Notes: generated by a model from the sequence alone, not told the origin. A DNA stretch of 61,884 bases, filler included, from an uncultured virus (IMG/VR IMGVR_UViG_2061766007_001639) (10 parts of one record of this genome joined end to end with filler, not necessarily neighbours in it), one strand, 5' to 3'; positions 10,653-20,060 are shown, counted from the whole stretch's first letter. A program made the numbers and translations.

Positions 10653-12415
10653 ATGAGCGACCCAATCCAAACAACCAAGCCATTGATACCGGAGTGGACG
10701 AAGGATGACTTTGATAACGACGTGGTATACCAATGGTTATGGGAGCATCACAACGACAACAAATACATCTTCAAAAAGTACCTTGCAAACACGCAGGACA
10801 GGGCAAAACAACTGCGCATAACGGGCTTCATGAAAATCTGGCAGGCGTATGTCGAGACGATGAACCCGCAGACTGTCACCGTTATGGGTCACAATATGAC
10901 GCAGTTCTCGGACCAACCGGTCGAGTTGGAGTGCGGTGCATATGACTGTACGTCTATGGGCGTGTACTATACGGGCCGCATGGGCGAATCGATAGAGGTC
11001 ATTAAACACCCGCTCATGCCCGTCCGACGCGTGATGAACGTTGACAGCGGAGAGGTTCAGATCGAACTAGCGTACAATCGCGGCAGGAGCAACGCCTGGA
11101 AGAGTATTATCGTTCCGAAAGATACAATTGCCTCCGCGCAGAAAATCGTCGCCCTGTCCAAGAGCGACATTGCCGTGAACAGCGAAAACGCCCGGGAACT
11201 TGTGAAGTACCTAACCGAATTGGAATCGCTGAATTACGATGAGTTGCCCGTCCAGAAGAGCACGTCGCACATGGGATGGATGGCGAACGGCGAGTTTTCT
11301 CCCTATTCCGGGGATCTGATTTACGATGGCAACACTGCTGAATTCAGCCGCATGTTCGAGCAGTTCCAGCCGACCGGTAGCCGTGACGCGTGGATGAAGG
11401 TGGCGCTCGACACCCGGAAAGGGAAGAGCGTTCCTGCCCGAATCGCATTGGCTGCATCATTCGCCGCACCGCTCATAACAAAGCTGAACGCGCTATCATT
11501 CTTCTGCCATTTCTGGGGACTGCAGGGTACAGGCAAGACGGTCGGCCTGAAGGTGGCGGCATCGGTCTGGGGCAAACCGGAACTGGGCGGCTATATCAAG
11601 AACTTCGGCGGCACCAAGAACAGCCAGGAAGTCAACGCCGCATTCTTCTGCAACCTGCCCGTCTTCATTGACGAACTGCAAGTCATCTCTGACCGGAAGT
11701 CCTTTGATGACATCATCTATATGCTCTGCGAAGGATTCTCCAAGGGCCGTAGCACGAAGGACGGCGGATTGCAGGCACAGCGGAAATGGTCTACCTGTTT
11801 CCTGACGACCGGTGAGATGCCTATCGTCCAGAGTACATCTGGAGGTGGCGCGACGGTCCGTACTATCGAGATCAATTACGGTGGTGAACCGTTTTTCGAT
11901 GACCCTCGGGAAGTGGCTGGTATTNNNNNNNNNNNNNNNNNNNNNNNNNNNNNNNNNNNNNNNNNNNNNNNNNNNNNNNNNNNNNNNNNNNNNNNTTGCA
12001 GAAACAGTACCAAGCCAGCCTTGGCAACAGAATCGAGACGAAGCAGGCCCTCTCCGCATCGATCATCCTGGCAGCTGACAAACTGGCGGATTCAGCGATA
12101 TTCCATGACGGCAGAGCATTGACACCAGACGAGATCCTGCCGTATCTGGTGACGCATGAGCAGGCGGATCTGAACCTGAGGTGCTATCAGTGGCTTATTG
12201 GATATATCGCCGCAAATCCGAAGCGATTCGAGATTGACGATAATAACGGCGAATTATGGGGTGTTAAGGGCACTGACGAAAACACCGGCAAGCGCATGGT
12301 GTACTTCATCAGAACATGCTTCGACAAAGTCCTCGGTGATGGCGGTTTCTCCCCTGGAGCATTCCTGACGTGGGCAAAGCAAAAAGGGCTGCTTGTAACC
12401 AGACGCAGTGATGCC
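10653..12415 (+). CDS. DUF927-family replicative helicase/ATPase (gap-split, end in gap)
   Basis: Walker A GLQGTGKT, Walker B VFIDE, LTTGEMP; GGAGG RBS. Confidence 0.85.
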
Positions 12416-12894
12416 NNNNNNNNNNNNNNNNNNNNNNNNNNNNNNNNNNNNNNNNNNNNNNNNNNNNNNNNNNNNNNNNNNNNNNNNNNNNNNNNNNNNN
12501 NNNNNNNNNNNNNNNNNNNNNNNNNNNNNNNNNNNNNNNNNNNNNNNNNNNNNNNNNNNNNNNNNNNNNNNNNNNNNNNNNNNNNNNNNNNNNNNNNNNN
12601 NNNNNNNNNNNNNNNNNNNNNNNNNNNNNNNNNNNNNNNNNNNNNNNNNNNNNNNNNNNNNNNNNNNNNNNNNNNNNNNNNNNNNNNNNNNNNNNNNNNN
12701 NNNNNNNNNNNNNNNNNNNNNNNNNNNNNNNNNNNNNNNNNNNNNNNNNNNNNNNNNNNNNNNNNNNNNNNNNNNNNNNNNNNNNNNNNNNNNNNNNNNN
12801 NNNNNNNNNNNNNNNNNNNNNNNNNNNNNNNNNNNNNNNNNNNNNNNNNTAACTCGAGAGCCTAAAATCCCATACGACATAAGGGATCTTGATT

Positions 12895-13140
12895 TCATTG
12901 CTACAGTTGCTACACCTTTTACAGTGCAAAACATAAGCTATATAGAGAATAAAAAAATAGCGCAACTGGACGTTCATTCAAATTTGCGCAAAAAATATTC
13001 CTCACGCGTAAGGATGTTTTTTTACTGTAGTAACTGTAGTAACTGTAGCAATGGCCTTAAAAAGTCAATAAAATCAAGCGATTTGAGGCTCGATTTACTA
13101 CTACAGTAGCTACTACACCAGAACAAATACTGTAGCAACG
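12895..13140. repeat. Putative replication origin with iteron-like repeats
   Basis: AT-rich non-coding stretch after the helicase; ACTGTAGTA tandem (13024-13050) and inverted CTACAGT copies. Confidence 0.6.
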
Positions 13141-13193
13141 GAAGTATCATGAACATCATCGCGAACGAAAAATATAACTGGAGGCGATCCATC

Positions 13194-13943
13194 ATGAACG
13201 CTATTCTACTGAGCATCAACCCACGTTGGTGCGATCTGATCCTTTCCGGGCAGAAGAACGTCGAGGTGCGGAAGCGTATACCGCAGCGTTTCGGAGCGCC
13301 GTTCCGAGTTTACCTTTACCGGACAAGGAAGTCTGGCAGCGCTGAATGGGACGGAATGATCGTAGGCGAATTCATCTGCGATAAGGTGTACGGACTGGAG
13401 CGTGACGAATACGTCTATATTGACCTGAACGGTTGGAAATACGATAAATGGATCTGGGTGGACGGATCCGAACGATTCGATCAGCTAGACCGTCGTGATT
13501 TGCGGACTTGCCTTTCCGGGAATGAGATGACCAAGTACGCCAAGAACAGTGACAAACTGTACGGACTGCACGTATCGGAGGTGAAACGCTATGAGACGCC
13601 CGTGACGATTGAAGAACTGACGAGATGCAGGCACCTGGATAGGGAAAGGGTGTGCGGGAGGTTCATGCAACCAGTTACCGTACCGAGAACCGGGAGCATT
13701 TCCTTGACCAGATTCAACTGCCCGTATCAGCACGTTGACTACTTCAACCCCAACTACCGACCGAACGAGTGCGAGTGCCGCCGGAAAGTCAATACCAATG
13801 CGCCGCAGTCGTGGCAGTACGTGGATGATGATGACGCACAGGCGGCAGTTGAGCGGATGAACCCGATCCGAGTGGAGNNNNNNNNNNNNNNNNNNNNNNN
13901 NNNNNNNNNNNNNNNNNNNNNNNCCGCCCTTTCCGGGACGTAG
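13194..13943 (+). CDS. ASCH/PUA-domain protein
   Basis: LLSINPRWCDLILSGQKNVEVRK and APQSWQY motifs. Confidence 0.8.
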   Translation: MNAILLSINPRWCDLILSGQKNVEVRKRIPQRFGAPFRVYLYRTRKSGSAEWDGMIVGEFICDKVYGLERDEYVYIDLNGWKYDKWIWVDGSERFDQLDRRDLRTCLSGNEMTKYAKNSDKLYGLHVSEVKRYETPVTIEELTRCRHLDRERVCGRFMQPVTVPRTGSISLTRFNCPYQHVDYFNPNYRPNECECRRKVNTNAPQSWQYVDDDDAQAAVERMNPIRVEXXXXXXXXXXXXXXXXALSGT

Positions 13944-14116
13944 TGGGCGGGAACAATCAGAACGACAGGTGACTAGTGCTTCTTTCCCTTTCCGGGTTGG
14001 TGACAGCAGAACAGAACTGAACGACTAGTGACTAATCTTTTTTACCTTTTCCGAGGCGTAGTTGGTACAACAGAACCANNNNNNNNNNNNNNNNNNNNNN
14101 NNNNNNNNNATCCGGG

Positions 14117-14434
14117 ATGGAGGTGCAAGTAATGCCGGTAATGATCCGCGACGTTGATCTCCCATCGACCTGCCAGCAGTGTCCGTGCTTTGGCGTTTCG
14201 TATCTGAGAGATGACGCCAATCACATGTTCGATATCGTGGTGCAGCAGTGCCGGGCACACAGGCAGATAATCAGAATGGCGTATAGCGTGACAGATACAG
14301 ACGAATCGTGGCACAAAACAAAGCGGCCCGAGTGGTGCCCGATGGTATGNNNNNNNNNNNNNNNNGAATGGCAACGAATGCAGCGTATAGTATCTGCTCA
14401 ATCAGAACAGAACAGTAGCGAATGTAATATCTAG
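14117..14434 (+). CDS. Hypothetical Cys-rich phage protein
   Basis: DLPSTCQQCP...RPEWCPM pattern. Confidence 0.5.
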   Translation: MEVQVMPVMIRDVDLPSTCQQCPCFGVSYLRDDANHMFDIVVQQCRAHRQIIRMAYSVTDTDESWHKTKRPEWCPMVXXXXXXEWQRMQRIVSAQSEQNSSECNI

Positions 14435-14492
14435 TGGCGATTTTAGTCAGAACAGGTCAAAACAGTTGAATGAAAGGGTGAAATGTGGTATA

Positions 14493-15139
14493 ATGACCAT
14501 AGATAAAAAAACGTTGATTGCAATGCCGGCCATGTCGATGATGCACACCGCATCAGCAGAGTGCTTCGTCAATATGCGCAAAGGTAATGGCGTTTCGTTC
14601 GGGATCACTCAGAACAGTCTGGTATATGACGCCCGGAACGATTTCGCCTGGAACGCAATCAATCAGGGCTTTGAACGGGTGCTCTGGATTGACAGTGACA
14701 TGACATACGAACGTGACATTCTTGAACGTTTGTATGCTGACATGGACGACGGTGACAAACAGTACGTTTCCGCTCTTGCCTTTACCAGGAAACTGCCAAC
14801 CGCGCCGGTCGTGTACTCAGATCTGACCTNNNNNNNNNNNNNNNNNNNNNNNNNNNNNNNNNNNNNNNNNNNNNNNNNNNNNNNNNNGGTGCCGTCATGA
14901 CCAGCGTTAATCTGCTCAAACAGGTGTGGGATAAATACGGCCCGCCGTTTGACCCTCTACCACATATGGGCGAGGATATCTCGTTCTGCTGGCGCGTTAA
15001 ACAACTGGGCGTACCGATGTGGTGCGACAGCAGAGTTAAGGTCGGGCATATCGGGCAGGTGGAGTTTAATGAGGCGACTTACCTGAACCAACAGAAGCAA
15101 CTCGCAACGACACCAGAAGAGAATCAGAGCGTAACGTAG
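14493..15139 (+). CDS. GT-A fold (GT2-like) glycosyltransferase (gap-split)
   Basis: SLVYDARN, LWIDSD (DxD), GEDISFC, VGHIG. Confidence 0.8.
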
Positions 15140-15539
15140 CAGAACGTCTCTGAACTGCCGCAACATATCAGACCGTCATCAGACCGCCTAGAACGTGCCT
15201 AGAACGCGTTTCAACCGTGAATGCGATAAGAGATACCAATCGCGCCAGAACCGCTCAGAATGCCGTTTAAATGCGTTTGGTGACGTTCAACGCAATTAAC
15301 GGGAATCCAGACCGCTAGAATCCGTTTTTAGCGTGGGTACGTATAAAGTATCGCCTAGACCGCTACAAACGATTCTAGCCCTCTCAACCCGCACAAGAAG
15401 TCTATGTCGGGAACAAACCAGAGTGATGCATCCAGACGTGACGTCTGCAATCAGAACAAACCGGAGCAACACGTCCGGAACGTAACGTCTCAAACCAGAA
15501 CGTTCCCGCTCTGATCGATGTGAAATGGAGCTGACAATA

Positions 15540-16091
15540 ATGCCAAGATCGAAAAAGCAATCCGCAGAATTGACCGTCCAGTCACCAGAAGAACAGGTCG
15601 TATCCGCGGTAAAGGAAAAACGCCATCGCAATCGTCCCGATCTCGCTAAGTTCGGTTACGAAAATGCTGAACCGGGAGATAACGCCCGTTACCTCAGGAT
15701 GGCTAGAGTCTCNNNNNNNNNNNNNNNNNNNNNNNNNNNNNNNNNNNAGTACTTTGATTTCTGCGAACATAACGACAGAAAGCCTAACATGGTTGGTATG
15801 GCTAACTGGATTGGTATCGATAGAGATACGCTCACATTGTGGAAGAAAGGCGACTACCGAAGCGGAACACACTTCGGAATGATAAAAAAGTATATCGACT
15901 TACTGGAAGAAATGTGGATAGATTACATGCAGAACGGTAAAGTCAATCCTGCAAGTGGGATCTTCCTCGGGAAAAATCTGTTTTCGTACAAAGATACACA
16001 AGACGTTATCCTCACACCTAACAACCCACTAGATAACATGTCCGACGATGAAAGCAGAAAACGTCTAACAGAAGCAATACCAGAAGAATAG
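15540..16091 (+). CDS. terS: Terminase small subunit (DNA-packaging gp3-like)
   Basis: YFDFC...GMANWIGIDRDTL HTH and GIFLGKNLFSYKD C-terminal motif; lies upstream of terL. Confidence 0.7.
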   Translation: MPRSKKQSAELTVQSPEEQVVSAVKEKRHRNRPDLAKFGYENAEPGDNARYLRMARVXXXXXXXXXXXXXYFDFCEHNDRKPNMVGMANWIGIDRDTLTLWKKGDYRSGTHFGMIKKYIDLLEEMWIDYMQNGKVNPASGIFLGKNLFSYKDTQDVILTPNNPLDNMSDDESRKRLTEAIPEE

Positions 16092-16098
16092 CAAACAA

Positions 16099-16129
16099 GC
16101 GCGCCTGCGAATATGTAGGTGCGCTTTTA
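16099..16129 (+). terminator. Rho-independent terminator after terS
   Basis: GCGCGCCTGC-loop-GTAGGTGCGC followed by TTTT. Confidence 0.6.
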
Positions 16130-16587
16130 CTGTACCAGTGTAGATTATATACTATGCATATCTAATCTAATCTAATCAGATCAGAACGAATAGAATATAT
16201 TAGTACAGTTACTACAGTAAATAATAATAATATATTTCGTGACGCGTCAGGTTGCTTTTGAGTGTTAGAGACTGTGCTGTACACATTGGCTAGGCACCAG
16301 AGCGGACTGCCTTTACCAGGGGCGCGGAGAAGGGCGGCGCTGGGACTAGCTGTATGGATCGGGGCAGGACGTGACGGAACGGGGTAGCGGGTCACCCCTC
16401 GGAAAAGGTAATACAGGGCTGGCCAGATCTGATCCGCTCTGTTTTTCTGCTAACGGCGCTCCGTTTCCCAACGGGCGCACCAGAACGGCCCTGGTGGCAC
16501 CAGAACGGGCAGATGATAGCAGAACGACGAGAATACGGTCGGCAGAACAGACGATTCTAGGGGCGTTTACGGGCGTTTCGGAACGGG

Positions 16588-16619
16588 CAAAAGAAAACCG
16601 CCCCAGAAAGGGCGGTATC
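16588..16619 (-). terminator. Rho-independent terminator closing the minus-strand operon
   Basis: Minus strand ACCGCCC-TTTCTG-GGGCGGT then TTTCTTTT. Confidence 0.8.
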
Positions 16620-16631
16620 GTTGGTTAATCA

Positions 16632-16892
16632 TCAGGCGTCGATGTGGTACGCGCCGTCATCGTTGCGCGTGAAATAGGTAGTCCCATCTGTGGAGGTCAG
16701 CAGACTTTCGATATCGCTGGCATCGTTGATCATATCCAGCGTCCAGCCGTTGCCATAGATTGTGTCGCCGTCTGAAAATTCGTCGGTAGTATCATGCAAC
16801 AGAACGCCGTCTTGAACGGTGGTTTCGTCGGCGTAGGTGAAGCGGATGGCGGTGATCTCAATGTCGCGACCGTTGTAGTTAATGGTTTTCAT
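16632..16892 (-). CDS. Acidic hypothetical protein
   Basis: GAGGAGGG RBS; 86 aa, Asp/Thr-rich. Confidence 0.7.
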   Translation of the reverse strand: MKTINYNGRDIEITAIRFTYADETTVQDGVLLHDTTDEFSDGDTIYGNGWTLDMINDASDIESLLTSTDGTTYFTRNDDGAYHIDA

Positions 16893-16923
16893 TGTGTTTC
16901 CCTCCTCTTTCTGTGTCGTTTGT

Positions 16924-16952
16924 AGTATAGCATTTTGTGCGGATCAGGTCAA
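16924..16952 (-). promoter_or_regulatory. Sigma-A promoter with extended -10
   Basis: Minus strand TTGACC-17 nt-TATACT with TG two bases upstream of -10. Confidence 0.7.
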
Positions 16953-17219
16953 GCAGAACCTGCTGCTCTTGCTGGTTACGGTGTATTTCGCTGCCACATC
17001 AGGGAGGGCGGCTTTCAGGGCTTTGGTGTCGATGCGGCTGGACTCGATCACCTTCCACGATGCTTTCCAGCCGGTGCCGGTCAAGGTCTCTTCGCCCCTA
17101 GTCGCCATCTCCATTTTCAGTTCGTCCTTGATTGCTTCGGCCTCTGCTGTCATGCTCTCAATCTCGATCTGCAGCGCCTTCAGAATGCTTACCTTCTGGT
17201 CTAAATCCTTGATGCTCAT
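16944..17219 (-). CDS. Hypothetical phage coiled-coil protein
   Basis: GAGGAGG RBS; SSRIDTKALK...SSRF pattern. Confidence 0.7.
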   Translation of the reverse strand: MSIKDLDQKVSILKALQIEIESMTAEAEAIKDELKMEMATRGEETLTGTGWKASWKVIESSRIDTKALKAALPDVAAKYTVTSKSSRFCLT

Positions 17220-17270
17220 GGTGTAACCTCCTCTTTATCGTTGAATCAGAACGGGTTAATCAGAACGGTG

Positions 17271-17663
17271 TCAAGCGTACCAGGAAACATAGCAGCGTTT
17301 GGAGTCGCCCTTGCAGAGTGTCGCGTCGGCGTAACTACTGAGCTTGAACGCGGGGCATCCGTTGTTCTTCAGGCGCTTGACGTCACCGTGTTCTTGATCC
17401 CGAACAAACAGACTGTAATCTGCAGCGGGTAGGATGTCATGGGGCAGGGCGTAGGTGTAATTTGCGGCCATGGGTCCGGTTGCCTCTTCCTTGATGATGG
17501 GGGGCAGGATCTCGCGGACTCTGACGGACGACTCGCCCACCAGGGCGACCACCTGGAAGAAGTCAACGTTGGTCTGGTCATATCCCCAGGATGAGCAGAA
17601 GATATCGCCAACGCGGACGCCGTACTTGTTAATGCGGGTGATGTTTGTTTCGTTGTTCTTCAT
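17271..17663 (-). CDS. Conserved hypothetical protein of mobile elements
   Basis: GGGAGG RBS; VGDIFCSSWGYDQTNVDFFQV motif. Confidence 0.75.
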   Translation of the reverse strand: MKNNETNITRINKYGVRVGDIFCSSWGYDQTNVDFFQVVALVGESSVRVREILPPIIKEEATGPMAANYTYALPHDILPAADYSLFVRDQEHGDVKRLKNNGCPAFKLSSYADATLCKGDSKRCYVSWYA

Positions 17664-17695
17664 GGTTTGTAACCTCCCTTTGCTTTGTCGTTTTG

Positions 17696-17758
17696 CGGCT
17701 TCCTACGACGCCCTGTCGGGCGTTTCGGCCCGGTGCCGCCGGGCCATCATCAGGTAGG
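17696..17758 (-). ncRNA. Type I hammerhead ribozyme
   Basis: Minus strand CCUAC-CUGAUGA-U-GGCCCGG(CGGCA)CCGGGCC-GAAA-CGCCC(GACA)GGGCG-UC/GUAGG-AA-GCCG; three perfect stems and intact core. Confidence 0.9.
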
Positions 17759-17762
17759 GTTA

Positions 17763-17918
17763 TCAGAGCATCGCCGCCAGGATCGGCAGCAGAACCAACA
17801 GCAGAACCAGGGCGATCCCTGCTGCGATCTCCGGTAGCAGAACGCGGATCGTCAGCAGAACGTGCCGCAGATCGCTCATCAGAACAGCAGAACGTGAGGC
17901 TTTATAGTTGCGTACCAT
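17763..17918 (-). CDS. Small single-TM protein (51 aa; not in ORF track)
   Basis: GGAGG RBS; MVRNYKASR...IAAGIALVLLLVLLPILAAML. Confidence 0.5.
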   Translation of the reverse strand: MVRNYKASRSAVLMSDLRHVLLTIRVLLPEIAAGIALVLLLVLLPILAAML

Positions 17919-17932
17919 CAGAAGCACCTCCA

Positions 17933-18664
17933 TTATGCGACGCGTTGCCAGTATTGGATAATCGTCCTGTATTGATCATCAGAGTACCGGGGCAACTTCC
18001 ACAGGTCCATGTGCCCGCCGCGCATGTAGTAGGCATACGCCACACCAGCTTCGCGGGGTTCCGGGAACAACTCACATCCGGCCTGGTTTATAATGTTCCT
18101 GCTGTGCTGTGCTGTCGCCGTCCGCAAGCCCACAATGCCGGTAAAGTTGACTTTAATCTCTGTCGGGATCACTGTCGCCAATGGGCATTGGGTACCGGCG
18201 ATAACGTGCACATTCAACGCGCGGCCGATTTGGCATATCCTTTGCAGGATGGGCTTTGCCGTCTTTTTCATGGTTAGCATGATTTCGGCCATTTCATCAA
18301 TGAAGATGTAGATGTGTCCGCCGTCATACTGTGCTAGCTCTCGGCGTTGCAAATCACGCTTCCGCCTGTCGATGATCGCTAGGGCCATGTTCAGCGCGTC
18401 CGTGATTTCGTCGTTTTCGCACGCATATTTCAGCGTGTGGGGCAGGCGCTTATACTTTCCAAACTCGGTGAATTTTGGATCGATGAAGATAAACTGGACT
18501 TTATCCGGGCACTCATGAAGCAGATTGTAGATTATCGAATTCATGGCGCAGGATTTGCCGGAGCCAACTTCACCGGCGATTAGTAGATTGTGCTGGCGGG
18601 CCATGTCGGCGTATAGGCTGTACACCTGGCCACGCGGGGCTGTTACTTTACGTCTAAAAAGCAT
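17933..18664 (-). CDS. Stand-alone FtsK/SpoIIIE-family ATPase domain
   Basis: LLIAGEVGSGKS, FIDPK, IFIDE, GRALNVHVIAGTQ. Confidence 0.85.
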   Translation of the reverse strand: MLFRRKVTAPRGQVYSLYADMARQHNLLIAGEVGSGKSCAMNSIIYNLLHECPDKVQFIFIDPKFTEFGKYKRLPHTLKYACENDEITDALNMALAIIDRRKRDLQRRELAQYDGGHIYIFIDEMAEIMLTMKKTAKPILQRICQIGRALNVHVIAGTQCPLATVIPTEIKVNFTGIVGLRTATAQHSRNIINQAGCELFPEPREAGVAYAYYMRGGHMDLWKLPRYSDDQYRTIIQYWQRVA

Positions 18665-18680
18665 TTGATATCACCCCCAA

Positions 18681-18827
18681 TTAATGCGTGCAAGGCGCGA
18701 CGCTGGAAACAATCATGACTCCGTCATCGTCTTCAATCCATCCATTGACGCGTGCGGCAATTTTCAGCGCCGCTATAAAGCTGGCATGCATTGCCCAAAA
18801 ACCATTGGCGTTGCGGATCGTAAACAT
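18681..18827 (-). CDS. Small hypothetical protein (48 aa; not in ORF track)
   Basis: GGAGG RBS; MFTIRNANGFWAMH... Confidence 0.5.
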   Translation of the reverse strand: MFTIRNANGFWAMHASFIAALKIAARVNGWIEDDDGVMIVSSVAPCTH

Positions 18828-18871
18828 GTTAAAACCTCCGATTTTTTGTCGTCTCTGTCGCTGTCGGCTTG

Positions 18872-19069
18872 TTACGCGTTTATTATGTCGTGATACGTGC
18901 CGATCATTTCTATTTTAATCCCTGCGTCCCTGGCCGCGTCCCTGGCTGCGTCAATTGTGGGATAGCGTCGGCCGTCGTATGGCGTTGTGCCCCATGGAAC
19001 AAGTTTCACAATGCCGCAGAACGTCTTTTTTCCGTCGCCGGTTACCATGATCGCATAGCGTTTTTCCAT
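18872..19069 (-). CDS. Small hypothetical protein
   Basis: AGGAGG RBS; 65 aa. Confidence 0.65.
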   Translation of the reverse strand: MEKRYAIMVTGDGKKTFCGIVKLVPWGTTPYDGRRYPTIDAARDAARDAGIKIEMIGTYHDIINA

Positions 19070-19097
19070 TGCTATTTCCTCCTGTTTCGTTGTTGTT

Positions 19098-19161
19098 GGC
19101 TTGCCTTCATCAGATAACAGGTTGCCGTCCTGCTATGACGGGCCTTGCGGCCCGTTTCGGC
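19098..19161 (-). ncRNA. Type II hammerhead ribozyme
   Basis: Minus strand GCC-GAAA-CGGGCC(GCAA)GGCCCG-UC/AUAGCAGG(ACGGCAA)CCUGUUAU-CUGAUGA-A-GGC-AA-GCC. Confidence 0.88.
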
Positions 19162-19163
19162 TT

Positions 19164-19904
19164 TTAATCGTCCTGTGCTTCAATGAGTGCCTTTAATTCT
19201 TCAAATCGGGCGTCCTGTTCTGCCTTGTATGCTGTGCTGTGTTCAATGAAGAGAACAAATTGTGCTGTCGCGCAATGTTTGCAATTTTCGCAATGCTGAT
19301 TTTTGTCAATGCCACAACGACAAATCCAAACTTTTGCGTCCATTGCCTTGAGTTTGTTATACGCGTTGATGATATAATCGCAATGACCAAAATTATATCC
19401 AATGCCGTCAATAATGGATTTGACAATGTTTCCGTTGGCTGTATCATCGAATAGCGTTTCATACTTCGCTATTTTTGTGTACGTCCAGAAAAGGAATGAC
19501 GGATTTTCTACAACGACTCTATGCCATGTATTGGCGTATTCTTCTGGATTATTCACATTGAAATCGCCGGAAGCATGTATTCTTATTTCCCCGCTTCCGA
19601 TTATTTCAAGCTGTGCGGAAATTGCATTGTAGAAAAATTCGATATCATCATTTACGATTGACATATTCAATTCAAGGGATCGTTTGACACTTGCCATGTT
19701 ATAAAAACCTGTCTGTGCATAGCAGCCCTTGCAATCGCAAATGCATGTTCCCTTTGTTCCGGCCGGCATGCTCCATGTATAAACGCGCTTGCCTGTTTTG
19801 CTATTGCCTTCCTTGAGTAATTCGGCAATCCAATTGCCATGATAAAGGATTTTCCCTGCCTTGTATTCAATGCCATGGAGCTTGTAAACTTCCTTCGCTG
19901 TCAT
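19164..19904 (-). CDS. GP88-family (radical-SAM-like, Cys-rich) protein
   Basis: GNSK, TCxxxCxxCYA, IRIHASGDF, FWTYTK and C-terminal CxxCxxC. Confidence 0.75.
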   Translation of the reverse strand: MTAKEVYKLHGIEYKAGKILYHGNWIAELLKEGNSKTGKRVYTWSMPAGTKGTCICDCKGCYAQTGFYNMASVKRSLELNMSIVNDDIEFFYNAISAQLEIIGSGEIRIHASGDFNVNNPEEYANTWHRVVVENPSFLFWTYTKIAKYETLFDDTANGNIVKSIIDGIGYNFGHCDYIINAYNKLKAMDAKVWICRCGIDKNQHCENCKHCATAQFVLFIEHSTAYKAEQDARFEELKALIEAQDD

Positions 19905-19960
19905 TGCGTCCGCCTTCCTTCCTTTTGTCGTCTGTTTTGTTCCTTCCTTATTACGTGAAT

Positions 19961-19989
19961 AGTATATCATGATTGCGCGTAAATGTCAA
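19961..19989 (-). promoter_or_regulatory. Strong sigma-A promoter of the minus-strand operon
   Basis: Minus strand TTGACA-17 nt-TATACT with extended -10 TG. Confidence 0.85.
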
Positions 19990-20060
19990 TAGCAAATTCA
20001 AGATTGCACGTAATTTTCTTTGATCATTCCTGACTTTTAATCGCTTCGCTGTCGTTTTTC

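Noticed and set aside
17820..17885. Third hammerhead (minus-strand CUGAUGA followed by a GCGAUCU/AGAUCGC stem)
   Set aside because: No GAAA after the stem, no stem III or cleavage triplet, and it lies within a small ORF
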